64,000 bases of DNA. It comes from Nitrospirota bacterium. GTDB taxonomy: Bacteria > Nitrospirota > UBA9217. Shown piece after piece: positions 17,351-25,944 of this stretch. The DNA is taken from the NCBI GenBank assembly GCA_035623825.1, contig DASPSR010000042.1, positions 11,669 through 75,668 of the forward strand, read 5' to 3'. The position numbers were made by a program, and so were the translations under genes. How positions within the stretch are numbered: position 1 is the first letter of the stretch; each line of letters begins with the position of its first letter. The notes under the pieces were generated by a model that had not been told where the DNA came from, searched no databases, and saw only the letters and a program-made list of their open reading frames with translations.

Positions 17351-19453
17351 CTATCTTGTCCTGATCCCCAGCACCTTCACCGCTTCTGAGAATTCCGTGC
17401 AGACGTGTGTGTACGGATGCCCTCCATCGCCCGAGGGCACTGCTGTCAGGACTGCGATGCGCTCCGGTTCCATCCCGAGCGCCTTGATCAGATCCTGACC
17501 GCGCTTAACCCTGGCGTTCACCCGGGGCTCGACCTTGATGTACTTGCAGGAATCAATGCCGCAGCGAACGACAGCTACGGCGTCCGCTCCGTGCTCAAAG
17601 GCCTTCAGCATGTCCAGAACATCCACTCGGCTGGTGCAGTGAACCGGGAAGGGCCGGTAATTGGCCGGCAGGTCCGCACCATGCACGCCAAGACGGTTCG
17701 TGCAGACGAAAGCGACGATGAGCGGCTCGGTACGCGACCCATCAACACAGCCCACGGTCGTTGCCATGGACCCACGAATCTCCTTCACGTCATAGGTAAC
17801 CATGCTAATAGCCTGGGCAGGGCACTCCGGCGCGCAGAGACCGCAGGCCTGACAGTAGTCAGGCCGGATCTCGGACCATGCCTTGACCACCGGCGCGCCA
17901 TAGGGGCAGACACGGAGGCAGGTGAGGCAGGCCATGCACTTGTTCGGGTCCACCACAGCACCGCCGCCGCACCCGCGGCACCGCGCTGCCTCGGCCAGCG
18001 CTTCCCGCTCGGTGTAGGCGATTTCGAAATGGTCCATGGTTTTGACGCGTTCAGCTGGCGCCACGTGCCGGATCTTCTCGCGCGGGATCTTGCAGATCTT
18101 CGCCAGAACCTCCTGCGGCATCTGGTTGAGGCTGTCCTTCTCCTGCTGCGGCAGCTTGCCCTCGATGGTTTCGCCCTGCAAGAAGAGGTGCATAGCAAGC
18201 GCCGCGCGGTGGCCGTTCTCCACGGCGGCAATCGCAGAGCCGGGCCCAGTCACGACCTCGCCGGCAACAAAGACGTTCTCGGCGCTGCTCCTTTGCGTCT
18301 TCGGGTCCCACTCCACCCGGCCGCGCTCATCAGCTTTCACCCTACTATCCTTGAGTGGCGACAGGTTCGCCATCTGGCCAATGGTGATGATTATCGTGTC
18401 AGCCTCGAACAGGGTTATCTGGTTCTCATCGAATGTCGGGCTAAAGCGCTTGTTGGAGTCGAACACCGACAGGACCCTTTTCGCCTCCAGGCCCAGCACT
18501 TTGTCTCCGTCGCGCTTGACCGCCTTGGGTCCCCAGCGGAAGTTGATCTTAATCGCCTCTTCCACGGCCTCGTCCACTTCCCATTTCCACGCCGGAATCT
18601 CCTGCTCGTTCTCGAGGCAGACCATCTCCACATTCTCCACACCGAGCCGCCGGGCTGTGCGGGCCACGTCCATGGCGACGTTACCTCCGCCGATGACGAG
18701 CACCTTCTTGCCGAGATTCGGTTTCCTATTAAAGGCAACATCCTCGAGAAAAGGGATCGCGAGCAGCACGCCTGGACCATTCACGCCCGGGATCGGGATC
18801 GAGCGGCTGAGTGACAGGCCAATGGCCAGCAGCACGGCATCATGCATCCTGGCCAGGTCGTCGAGCTTGGCGTCCTTTCCGACCTCGAAGTTCGTCTTGA
18901 CGTCGATGCCGCGGCTGACCACATCATCGATATCTTCCTTGAGAATTTCGCGGGGAAGCCGGTATGGCGGAATGGCGCTGGCTAACATGCCGCCGAGCAC
19001 GGGGTGTCGCTCGTAGATCGTTACCGTATAGCCCAGATCTGCCAAGTCCCGGGCTGCGGTCAAGCCCGACGGGCCGGAACCGATGACACCTACGCTCTTG
19101 CCCTTGTTCTTCTCGACGAGCTTGCGCTTGTTCCGGCGGTATTCCTTCGCCTGCTCGATGGCGAACCGTTTCAGGTGGCGCACCGCAACGGCCTCGTCGA
19201 TGCCACAGCGGCGGCAGGACTGTTCGCAGGGATGGTGGCAAATCATGGAACAGACCGACGCGATGGGGTTAGGCGCCGTAATCACCTCGAAGGCCTCGGT
19301 GTAACGGCCTTGAGCGATGAGGCCCACATAGGCTTGCACGTCGGTATGTGCCGGGCAGGCGGCCCGGCAGGGGGAGTAGGGCCTCGTTTCCTTGATTTCT
19401 GCGCCGTAAGGCCGATACGGCTCCAACAGTGTGCAGCTGTCTTGCTTCGCCAT
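17351..19453 (-). CDS. fusion protein: GltD/NfnB-like NAD(P)H-FAD oxidoreductase + 2x[4Fe-4S] ferredoxin domain + MvhD-like domain
   Basis: The N-terminus is CRAACPAHTDVQAYV...CHHPCEQSCRR (GltD-type Fe-S). Two Rossmann loops follow: VGVIGSGPSGLTAARDLA and VLVIGGGNVAMDVA. Next come CMACLTCLRVCP and CQACGLCAPECP. The C-terminal block IVAFVCTNRLG...VHCTSRVDVLDMLKAFEHGADAVAVVRC is typical of MvhD. Confidence 0.8.
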   Translation of the reverse strand: MAKQDSCTLLEPYRPYGAEIKETRPYSPCRAACPAHTDVQAYVGLIAQGRYTEAFEVITAPNPIASVCSMICHHPCEQSCRRCGIDEAVAVRHLKRFAIEQAKEYRRNKRKLVEKNKGKSVGVIGSGPSGLTAARDLADLGYTVTIYERHPVLGGMLASAIPPYRLPREILKEDIDDVVSRGIDVKTNFEVGKDAKLDDLARMHDAVLLAIGLSLSRSIPIPGVNGPGVLLAIPFLEDVAFNRKPNLGKKVLVIGGGNVAMDVARTARRLGVENVEMVCLENEQEIPAWKWEVDEAVEEAIKINFRWGPKAVKRDGDKVLGLEAKRVLSVFDSNKRFSPTFDENQITLFEADTIIITIGQMANLSPLKDSRVKADERGRVEWDPKTQRSSAENVFVAGEVVTGPGSAIAAVENGHRAALAMHLFLQGETIEGKLPQQEKDSLNQMPQEVLAKICKIPREKIRHVAPAERVKTMDHFEIAYTEREALAEAARCRGCGGGAVVDPNKCMACLTCLRVCPYGAPVVKAWSEIRPDYCQACGLCAPECPAQAISMVTYDVKEIRGSMATTVGCVDGSRTEPLIVAFVCTNRLGVHGADLPANYRPFPVHCTSRVDVLDMLKAFEHGADAVAVVRCGIDSCKYIKVEPRVNARVKRGQDLIKALGMEPERIAVLTAVPSGDGGHPYTHVCTEFSEAVKVLGIRTR

Positions 19454-19483
19454 AAATTACTCCATAACGGGAAATGAATCTTT

Positions 19484-19569
19484 CGCAGAGGCGCAAGAGG
19501 CTTAGTGTAAAGAGGCATTGAAACTCTTTGGAACTTTCTTCCTCTGCGTTCTCTGCGTCACCAAGAGAA
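19484..19569. repeat. intergenic imperfect-palindrome element, copy 2 (after the folE stop)
   Basis: CGCAGAGG (19484-19491) pairs with CCTCTGCG (19541-19548). CTCTGCG is tandemly repeated at 19542 and 19551. See copy 1. Confidence 0.45.
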
Positions 19570-19579
19570 ACGTGTACAT

Positions 19580-20143
19580 TTACTCTTTCTTCGTAAGCAG
19601 CTCCAGCATTTCCATGCGAGTGGACTCTTTCGTGCGGAAACTGCCGCGCACCGCGGACGTGACCACCCGGGATCCGGGTTTTTTCACGCCACGCATGCTC
19701 ATGCACAAATGCTCTGCGTCGATGACCACCATCGCCCCCTTTGGCTTGAGACGCTCAACGATCAGGTCAATGAACTGGGACGTAAGACGTTCTTGCACTT
19801 GAGGCCGCTTAGCAAACGCCTCCAGGGCCTTGGCGAGTGCGCTGATGCCCACAATCTTCCCTGCGCCCGGGATATAGGCGATGTGCGCTTTGCCAAAGAA
19901 CGGCAGCAGGTGGTGCTCGCACACGGAGTAGAACGGGATGTCCCGGATCATCACCATTTCATCGTGGCTTTCGCCCGCCATGGGGGTGAGCAGTTTCTCG
20001 GTCTCCATGGAGATCCCGGAGAAAATCTCCTCGTACATCTCGGCTACACGCTGTGGCGTGCTCTTGAGCCCCGGCCTGTCAGGGTCCTCGCCAATTCCCT
20101 CAATGAGCAGCCGGACGCCCTTTTCGATTTTTTTTATATCCAT
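19580..20143 (-). CDS. folE: GTP cyclohydrolase I
   Basis: The sequence [20 protein letters not shown]...[20 protein letters not shown] is the canonical FolE motif. Confidence 0.93.
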   Translation of the reverse strand: MDIKKIEKGVRLLIEGIGEDPDRPGLKSTPQRVAEMYEEIFSGISMETEKLLTPMAGESHDEMVMIRDIPFYSVCEHHLLPFFGKAHIAYIPGAGKIVGISALAKALEAFAKRPQVQERLTSQFIDLIVERLKPKGAMVVIDAEHLCMSMRGVKKPGSRVVTSAVRGSFRTKESTRMEMLELLTKKE

Positions 20144-20188
20144 GATAAAATAAAATAACCAATGACCAAACTTGTGATTTGGTGCTCG

Positions 20189-20746
20189 TTACTTGGCATT
20201 CGTTTCTATTACCCTTTTTTCCGTCACTATCTTTTCCATCGGTACATCATGAGGATCAGCGTGAATCCGCGGCACGATTTGATTTTCGAAGGCCAGGGCC
20301 ACAATCGCCTTTGTGAATGCATGCAAAAGCCTATCGTAAAACCCCGCTCCATAACCAAGCCGGTTCCCTCGGCCATCAAAGGCTACCCCGGGAACTACAA
20401 TAAGATCTATTTCTGCCAAATCAATCGGGTTAGACGCAACGGGTTCCGGAATACCCCAAGCACCGGGAGAAACGTCTTTTTGAAAATCTCTGATCTCAAA
20501 GAGTGCCAGATCTTTCCCTTTTACTTTTGGAAGGATTACCCTCTTGCCGGAGGTCAGTGCATGCCTGATCATCGGACCGGTGTCGACCTCGCTTCGGAAT
20601 GAAGCAAAGAACATCGCGACTCGTGCTGACTTGAACTCAGGAAGAGCAAAAAGCCGCTCTCCGATCTCCCGGCTTTTTGCTGCTCGCTGTTCCGGCGGCA
20701 TGCCGTCTCGTGCCGCCAATACCTGTTTTCTGATTTTTGTTTTCAA
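20189..20746 (-). CDS. 5-formyltetrahydrofolate cyclo-ligase
   Basis: A 185-aa protein with VVPGVAFDGRGNRLGYGAGFYDRLL, the family signature. Its ATG overlaps the stop of the upstream cooC-like gene (ATGA at 20743-20746). Confidence 0.85.
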   Translation of the reverse strand: MKTKIRKQVLAARDGMPPEQRAAKSREIGERLFALPEFKSARVAMFFASFRSEVDTGPMIRHALTSGKRVILPKVKGKDLALFEIRDFQKDVSPGAWGIPEPVASNPIDLAEIDLIVVPGVAFDGRGNRLGYGAGFYDRLLHAFTKAIVALAFENQIVPRIHADPHDVPMEKIVTEKRVIETNAK

Positions 20747-21534
20747 GAGTAGGATTTATTTTTCATCAACTCATCAAGCGAGGCCTTGATCGCCCTTGCT
20801 TCTTCTACTGCGCGGGGCGAGGCGTCATATGCGGATTTGCCTTCCACGTCCGCTCTGACCGTATCGTTGCTGTAACTCATAAACCCAAGGACTTTCATGC
20901 CCTGAAGGTGCTGCCTGAGAAAGTCTTTGTCCGCTTCCTGCTTGATTTTGTTGCCGACGACGAAAACATCCTTGATCCCGAGGCCATGTGCCAGGCCTTC
21001 CACGTGCCGAGCGGTCTGAAGGCTCCGTTGGCCCGGTTCAACGACTACAATGAACGCATTCACGCCGCTGGCAGTGCCCCGCGTCAGGTGCTCAATGCCT
21101 GCCTCCATATCGAGGATGACCACCTCGTTCAGTTTGAGGATGAGATGGCTGATCAGGCGGCGCAGGAGCACATTCTCGGGGCAGTAACAGCCGGAACCCG
21201 CCTCCTTGGACTTCCCCACGACCAGCAGGCGGACTCCTTCATGCTGTACGCTATAAGCATCTGGGATGTCGTCTACTTTGGGGTTGATTCTGAACATTCC
21301 ACCCGGTGCACCGGGTCTCGAGCCGGTACGCTCCTCAATCAGGTCTGCCTGTTCGGCAAGCGGCAGAGCGCGGGAGGCCATTTCGGGTGATATGCCGAGC
21401 GCTGAAGCAAGATTCGCATCTGGATCAGCGTCAACGGCCAGTACTTTCATGCCCTCCGAGGCATAAAGGCGAGCTAAAAGGCCGGCCAGCGTGGTTTTTC
21501 CCACGCCGCCCTTGCCTGTAATAGCGATTTTCAA
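20743..21534 (-). CDS. cooC: CooC/AcsF-type Ni-insertion ATPase, copy 2
   Basis: The protein begins KIAITGKGGVGKTTLAG and carries the CxC motif GSGCYCPEN. I place the start at TTG (21532-21534) because AGGAGA lies 6 nt upstream. The 77-aa extension in the track ORF (to 21768) has no family support. Confidence 0.8.
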   Translation of the reverse strand: MKIAITGKGGVGKTTLAGLLARLYASEGMKVLAVDADPDANLASALGISPEMASRALPLAEQADLIEERTGSRPGAPGGMFRINPKVDDIPDAYSVQHEGVRLLVVGKSKEAGSGCYCPENVLLRRLISHLILKLNEVVILDMEAGIEHLTRGTASGVNAFIVVVEPGQRSLQTARHVEGLAHGLGIKDVFVVGNKIKQEADKDFLRQHLQGMKVLGFMSYSNDTVRADVEGKSAYDASPRAVEEARAIKASLDELMKNKSYS

Positions 21535-21561
21535 GCAAAATCTCCTGGAAAATAGTAGGAC

Positions 21562-21591
21562 AAAATAACATCTATCAAGCGAGGGTGTCAA
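21562..21591 (-). promoter_or_regulatory. candidate sigma70 promoter for the cooC-...-acs/fdh gene string
   Basis: The minus strand reads TTGACA (21586-21591), an 18-nt spacer, then TATTTT (21562-21567) with TG one nt upstream (extended -10). This lies about 28 nt upstream of the TTG start. Confidence 0.4.
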
Positions 21592-21637
21592 GGGTTTTTT
21601 GCTGCTGTGCCAGAAGAGACAAATCGTAATCTCTCCC

Positions 21638-21691
21638 GGCAGGCATGGGGAAGGAGGCTGGGATTTACGGAGGGAAATGCCTGCCTTTTTT
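21638..21691 (+). terminator. orphan plus-strand terminator-like hairpin with a purine/GGA-rich loop
   Basis: GGCAGGCAT (21638-21646) pairs with ATGCCTGCC (21677-21685), followed by TTTTTT (21686-21691). The 30-nt loop is GGGGAAGGAGGCUGGGAUUUACGGAGGGAA. No plus-strand gene lies upstream. Confidence 0.3.
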
Positions 21692-22126
21692 ACCATGTTC
21701 ACTGTAATGCTAAAGTACTGAGCGCGTTTGCTGGTAGAATATGTCCGATTATACTGAGAAAAAACCACAGATGCTTTTTCTCTTTCTTGTAATATCCATT
21801 CTCCTTCCTGTCACTTGACGGCAATCTCTTCCGGTGGAAGCATGGACGGCAGGATTGGCGGACCCGGTGTTCCCGATCTGCTCAAAACTTCCCGCGCAGT
21901 TTCCGTGCATCCTGAAATACCTCCCTGCAATTCATTCCCTTTTGGCGGCCTTCCTGAAGCGTTCAATGCATTCACGTCGGCATAGTCCGTATGACCATGC
22001 CACGGAAGCCCAAGTCCTGTCACAACTATAGAAAAGAAAAGTTGCTTTCCAATCCAAAGACAAGCAATGTTGCTTTTCCTCACAAAAGGTGTTAATGTTT
22101 TATGAAAGATTTTTTATATCTAACGG

Positions 22127-23227
22127 ATGATCCCTTCGAAGTCAAACATAAAGAGCTTTACTCCCGATGAACTTGCATTACGCTTGGTCGCAATGGGCCT
22201 CAAGAAGTACCGCGCAGCGCAAATATGCGAGTGGATATACCGCAATCAAGCGACTTCGTTCGAGGAGATGACAAATATCGCGAATGCAGAGCGCGGTTTG
22301 CTCGCGACCACCTTTGTCATTTCGTCCCTCAATAAGCTTCATGAGGAGCGTGCTGCCGATGGTACGCGGAAGTTTCTGTTCGGGCTTGAGGACGCCCATA
22401 CCATCGAAAGTGTCCTCATCCCCGATGAAGACCGCTTGACACTCTGCATCTCGTCACAAGTGGGATGCGCACAGGCCTGCCGGTTCTGTCTGACCGGAAA
22501 AAGCGGATTCATGAGGGATCTCAGGGCCAATGAAATATCCGACCAAGTACTTGAGGTTTCGCGCATCCGGAGAAATGAGGGGGGACGAAGCATCACCAAC
22601 ATTGTGCTCATGGGCATGGGAGAACCGCTCGCGAACTTCGACGAAGTGATGCGAGCACTAAAAATTATTACCTGGGACCGGGGGCTTGGTTTTTCACCGC
22701 GCAAGGTGACGCTCTCCTCCGCTGGGCTTGTTCCGGAGATTGAACGACTTGGAAAAGCAGACGTTCGGATAAACCTTGCGATATCGCTGAACGCATCGAC
22801 GAACGAGGTGCGGAATAGAATTATGCCCATAAACCGACGGTATTCAATTGAAGAGCTTCTGTCTGCTTGTAAACGATTCCCTCTCGAGCCGAGAAGGAGA
22901 ATCACTTTTGAGTATGTGATGTTAAAAGATGTGAATGATACCCCGGATGATGCCGTGCGACTTGCAAAGCTGCTGAAGGGCATCAAATGCAAGGTAAACC
23001 TTATCCCGTTCAATCCATTTCCGGGGAGCGAGTTCGGCAGACCTGATGATGCAGCCGTCAAACGCTTCCAGAAAACACTGTTGGACCACCACTATACCGC
23101 TCCGGTGCGCGAGTCGCGCGGAAGGGACATCTCGGCGGCATGCGGACAGCTGAGGGAGAGGAAAACTGAAAATACCGTCTCTCCGCCTCTCGGAAGCGCG
23201 AATGTCAGAGTGTCGGAACGCATATGA
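22127..23227 (+). CDS. rlmN: 23S rRNA/tRNA adenine-C2 methyltransferase, radical SAM
   Basis: The radical-SAM motif is CISSQVGCAQACRFCLTG, with the C-terminal ACGQL. This is the only well-supported plus-strand gene. Confidence 0.92.
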   Translation: MIPSKSNIKSFTPDELALRLVAMGLKKYRAAQICEWIYRNQATSFEEMTNIANAERGLLATTFVISSLNKLHEERAADGTRKFLFGLEDAHTIESVLIPDEDRLTLCISSQVGCAQACRFCLTGKSGFMRDLRANEISDQVLEVSRIRRNEGGRSITNIVLMGMGEPLANFDEVMRALKIITWDRGLGFSPRKVTLSSAGLVPEIERLGKADVRINLAISLNASTNEVRNRIMPINRRYSIEELLSACKRFPLEPRRRITFEYVMLKDVNDTPDDAVRLAKLLKGIKCKVNLIPFNPFPGSEFGRPDDAAVKRFQKTLLDHHYTAPVRESRGRDISAACGQLRERKTENTVSPPLGSANVRVSERI

Positions 23228-23241
23228 ACGATTCTCCTGCA

Positions 23242-23280
23242 GAATAAAAAAGGACGAGAACCCATGTTGTCTCTCGTCCT
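23242..23280 (-). terminator. Rho-independent terminator ending the chemosensory gene string (may also serve convergent rlmN)
   Basis: The minus strand reads AGGACGAGA-gacaacatgggt-TCTCGTCCT (23251-23280), followed by TTTTTTAT (rc of 23242-23250). It lies 41 nt after the cheY stop. Confidence 0.7.
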
Positions 23281-23320
23281 TCACCGCTCATTACTCTTCT
23301 CTTCCCGCTTGTCTCGCCCG

Positions 23321-23701
23321 TTATCCTTTGTTTCCCAATATCTGATTGACAATGTTCAGGAGGTCGGCGGTCTGAATGGGCTTTGGGATGTAGGCGTTGG
23401 CGCCTAAAGCGAGACCGCGCTTGCGGTCTTCCTCGGCGCCTTCGGTCGTAATGATGATGATCGGGATGGATTTGTGTGCGGGGTCGTTTCGAACCATTGA
23501 CACGAGCTTTAAGCCGTCCATGATTGGCATGTTGATATCTGTCAGGATGATGTCGAACTTCTGGGTCGAAAGTTTTTTGAGCGCGTCGATTCCATCATTG
23601 GCTTCAACGATTTTGCTCCCCGGAATACGCTTGAGCGCAAAGGAGATTAGCTGCCTCATCGTCGGGGAATCTTCAACCACCAGAAAATTATGCTCGGGCA
23701 T
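23321..23701 (-). CDS. cheY: CheY-like single-domain response regulator
   Basis: A 126-aa receiver domain with VVEDS...DIILTDINMPIMDG...IIIITTEG...KP. Confidence 0.88.
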   Translation of the reverse strand: MPEHNFLVVEDSPTMRQLISFALKRIPGSKIVEANDGIDALKKLSTQKFDIILTDINMPIMDGLKLVSMVRNDPAHKSIPIIIITTEGAEEDRKRGLALGANAYIPKPIQTADLLNIVNQILGNKG

Positions 23702-23713
23702 TTCCTACCTCCG

Positions 23714-24535
23714 TTATTTTTCTTTGAGCAGATCAAGAAAGCTCTGGATCGTGGTAAGCTTGCGCTCGGACTGAGAATAGAGTTTCGAAGAAAAGAGCGC
23801 CGTGGCGGCGTGTCCAGCAAGCATAGAGAACAGCTCATAGTCAACGTTCGAAAACTCGCTTTTCTGGACGAGGAGTTTGTAGATCACAATAGCCCCGATC
23901 ACGTGTTCCTTGATCTTGAGGGGGATGCAGACCAAGGGGTGAGTGTAGTCCACTCCCTTGAGATCTGTTGGATCTCCGTTCCGATAGTATGCCTCACCGC
24001 CTTTGACTGACTGCCCGATGACCCCATCCCCCAATTTGATACTTGATCGCGCCTCTGGTCCCATGCCTTCCTGGGCCACGATCGACAGCTCATTCGTCTT
24101 TTCATCGACGAGCATGATCGAGAACTCTTCCGCGCCAATCAGGTTCATGACGATCTCGAGGATGATCTTGAGCGATTCGTTGAAATCCAAGGTGGAATGG
24201 AGCTGGTAGCTCGCCACATAGAGGTTCGCGAGGTTATTGTTCTCTGCCTCCACCTCGACATATCGGTTGGCAAAATCCTTGTTCTCTTCTTCTACCTGGT
24301 GGTAACGGTCGAGAAGATTCTTGTTCTCCTCCTCAAGGAACTTCACCCTTTCTTCGAGGCCATGAAATTTGAAGTTCTCTTCCCTGCCTGAGAACTTGGC
24401 GACTTCTTCGAGTTGCGCGACCTTGTACCTGAGCTTTTCGTTCTCCTTCAGCAGTTCCTGAGTGAACTCTTCGCCCTTCCTGAAGACCTGGAGAAACTCT
24501 TCAACTTTTTTCGTGATCCCTATTTCCTTTTCCAT
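23714..24535 (-). CDS. coiled-coil + GAF domain protein
   Basis: The N-terminal heptad-rich region is LRYKVAQLEE...LEEENKNLLDRY. The C-terminal GAF-like block is IMNLIGAEEFSIMLVDEKTNELSIVAQEGMG...LVCIPLKIKEHVIGAIVIYKL. The start is taken at MEKEIG (24535), which has GAGGAGGG upstream. Confidence 0.7.
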   Translation of the reverse strand: MEKEIGITKKVEEFLQVFRKGEEFTQELLKENEKLRYKVAQLEEVAKFSGREENFKFHGLEERVKFLEEENKNLLDRYHQVEEENKDFANRYVEVEAENNNLANLYVASYQLHSTLDFNESLKIILEIVMNLIGAEEFSIMLVDEKTNELSIVAQEGMGPEARSSIKLGDGVIGQSVKGGEAYYRNGDPTDLKGVDYTHPLVCIPLKIKEHVIGAIVIYKLLVQKSEFSNVDYELFSMLAGHAATALFSSKLYSQSERKLTTIQSFLDLLKEK

Positions 24536-24729
24536 CAAACCCTCCTCGCATTTGCCGGGGTTACTGTCCCGCTCACACCGCATCTATCCGGAACGAAGAG
24601 AAAACTTCTCGTGCAACTGCATCCGTAGCTTGTTGCACCGACAGCGGAATAGGACAAGCCCTCATCTGCAAAAGAACCAGATAAGTTTTTTTATTATAGT
24701 CAAGTCCGCTGAAATTATCAAGGTCGATT

Positions 24730-25821
24730 TCACGATACAGAGCTCCCGCCGTCGCTTCTGCCCCAGCGGCATCGTTCGATTATTTCTTCCGCCATCCTGC
24801 TGAGCGGCAGTACCTTGTCCACAGCGCCGGTGCGGATTGCCTCCCGCGGCATGCCGAAAATGACCGCGCTTTCTTCGCTCTCGGCGAGGCACTGCCCTCT
24901 TTTACGTTTAATCGCATTAACTCCCTCGACGCCGTCTCTTCCCATCCCGGTAAGCACTACGCCGAGGGCAGCTGGGCCGCAGGCATCTGCGATGGAAACC
25001 ATCATGCGATCCGCAGACGGCACATACTTGTCCTCCGGGCTCCGGGCAACGAGCTCCGCAATGAACCCCGTGCGGTCTTTTTTTACAATCAGATGGTGGC
25101 CCCCGGGCGCTATGAGCACGGTTCCCGGACCGATGCGGTCGCCTGCTGAAGCCTCGCTCACCACAAGGGATGTCAGCTTGTTCAACCGCTCCGCGAAGCT
25201 CTTCGTAAAACCCGGAGGCATGTGCTGCGAAATCATAATGGCTGCGCCAAAGTCAGGTGGCAATGAGGTGAGAATTGCCTGAATCGCGGGCGGTCCTCCC
25301 GTAGACGACGCGATGGCCACCATTTCGATGGGGCTTCTCTCGACGCGCTCATCATCTTCTTTCCGCGCCGGAAAGGTAACTCGTTCCCGGGAAATGAGCG
25401 CGATCGTCGACTTGACCTTGTCCATCTCCAGGTTCAGGACGGCGTGAACCTTGGACACAAGCTCGTCCCGGATACTCTCGATACTCTTCGAGATCCGTGC
25501 CTCGGGCTTGGCAAGAAAATCCACAGCGCCAAGTTCCATGGCGCGGAAGACGCTGCGGCTGTCAGAGCGAGAGGAGAGCACGAGCACAGGCGTCGGGCAT
25601 TCCTTCATGAGCCACCGCAGGAAGGTAAACCCGTCCATGTTCGGCATTTCAAGATCAAGGGTAATCACGTCCGGCTGGAGCCGAAGCGTCTTCGCAATGG
25701 CATCCACTCCGTCATTTGCGCTCCCGATGACCTCAATCTCTTCATCGCTTGTGAGCATTCGGGTGATGACCGTTCGGTTGTATGCGGAATCGTCTACCAC
25801 CAGGGCCTTGATCTTGTCCAT
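24730..25821 (-). CDS. cheB: chemotaxis response regulator protein-glutamate methylesterase
   Basis: A receiver domain (VVDDSAYNR...VITLDLEMPNMDG) is followed by the CheB catalytic domain (IASSTGGPPAIQ...GMGRDG...). Confidence 0.92.
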   Translation of the reverse strand: MDKIKALVVDDSAYNRTVITRMLTSDEEIEVIGSANDGVDAIAKTLRLQPDVITLDLEMPNMDGFTFLRWLMKECPTPVLVLSSRSDSRSVFRAMELGAVDFLAKPEARISKSIESIRDELVSKVHAVLNLEMDKVKSTIALISRERVTFPARKEDDERVERSPIEMVAIASSTGGPPAIQAILTSLPPDFGAAIMISQHMPPGFTKSFAERLNKLTSLVVSEASAGDRIGPGTVLIAPGGHHLIVKKDRTGFIAELVARSPEDKYVPSADRMMVSIADACGPAALGVVLTGMGRDGVEGVNAIKRKRGQCLAESEESAVIFGMPREAIRTGAVDKVLPLSRMAEEIIERCRWGRSDGGSSVS

Positions 25822-25944
25822 TAAAGACTCTCCGTGATGAAGCTCGAATCATGAACGAACATCATATGAACGTCAAGTGCCGAGCACAAAGCTCCAAGCG
25901 TCCTGAAATGCGCGCCCTTGAGCTTGTGATTTATTGCAGATTCA

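Noticed and set aside
21535-21768. A 77-aa N-terminal extension of the second cooC-like ORF.
   Set aside because: CooC-family proteins begin right at the P-loop strand (KIAITGKGG). AGGAGA-N6-TTG at 21534 fits. The extension would run through the predicted promoter and the 21638-21685 hairpin.
21811-22083. A 90-aa minus-strand ORF in the divergent intergenic region.
   Set aside because: It has a GTG start without an RBS and no recognisable domain. Its composition looks non-coding. I keep it only as a possible decayed remnant.
24667-24679. A sigma54-like TGGTTCTTTTGCA on the minus strand upstream of the GAF gene.
   Set aside because: The GG and GC elements are 9 nt apart instead of the canonical 12 (-24/-12).
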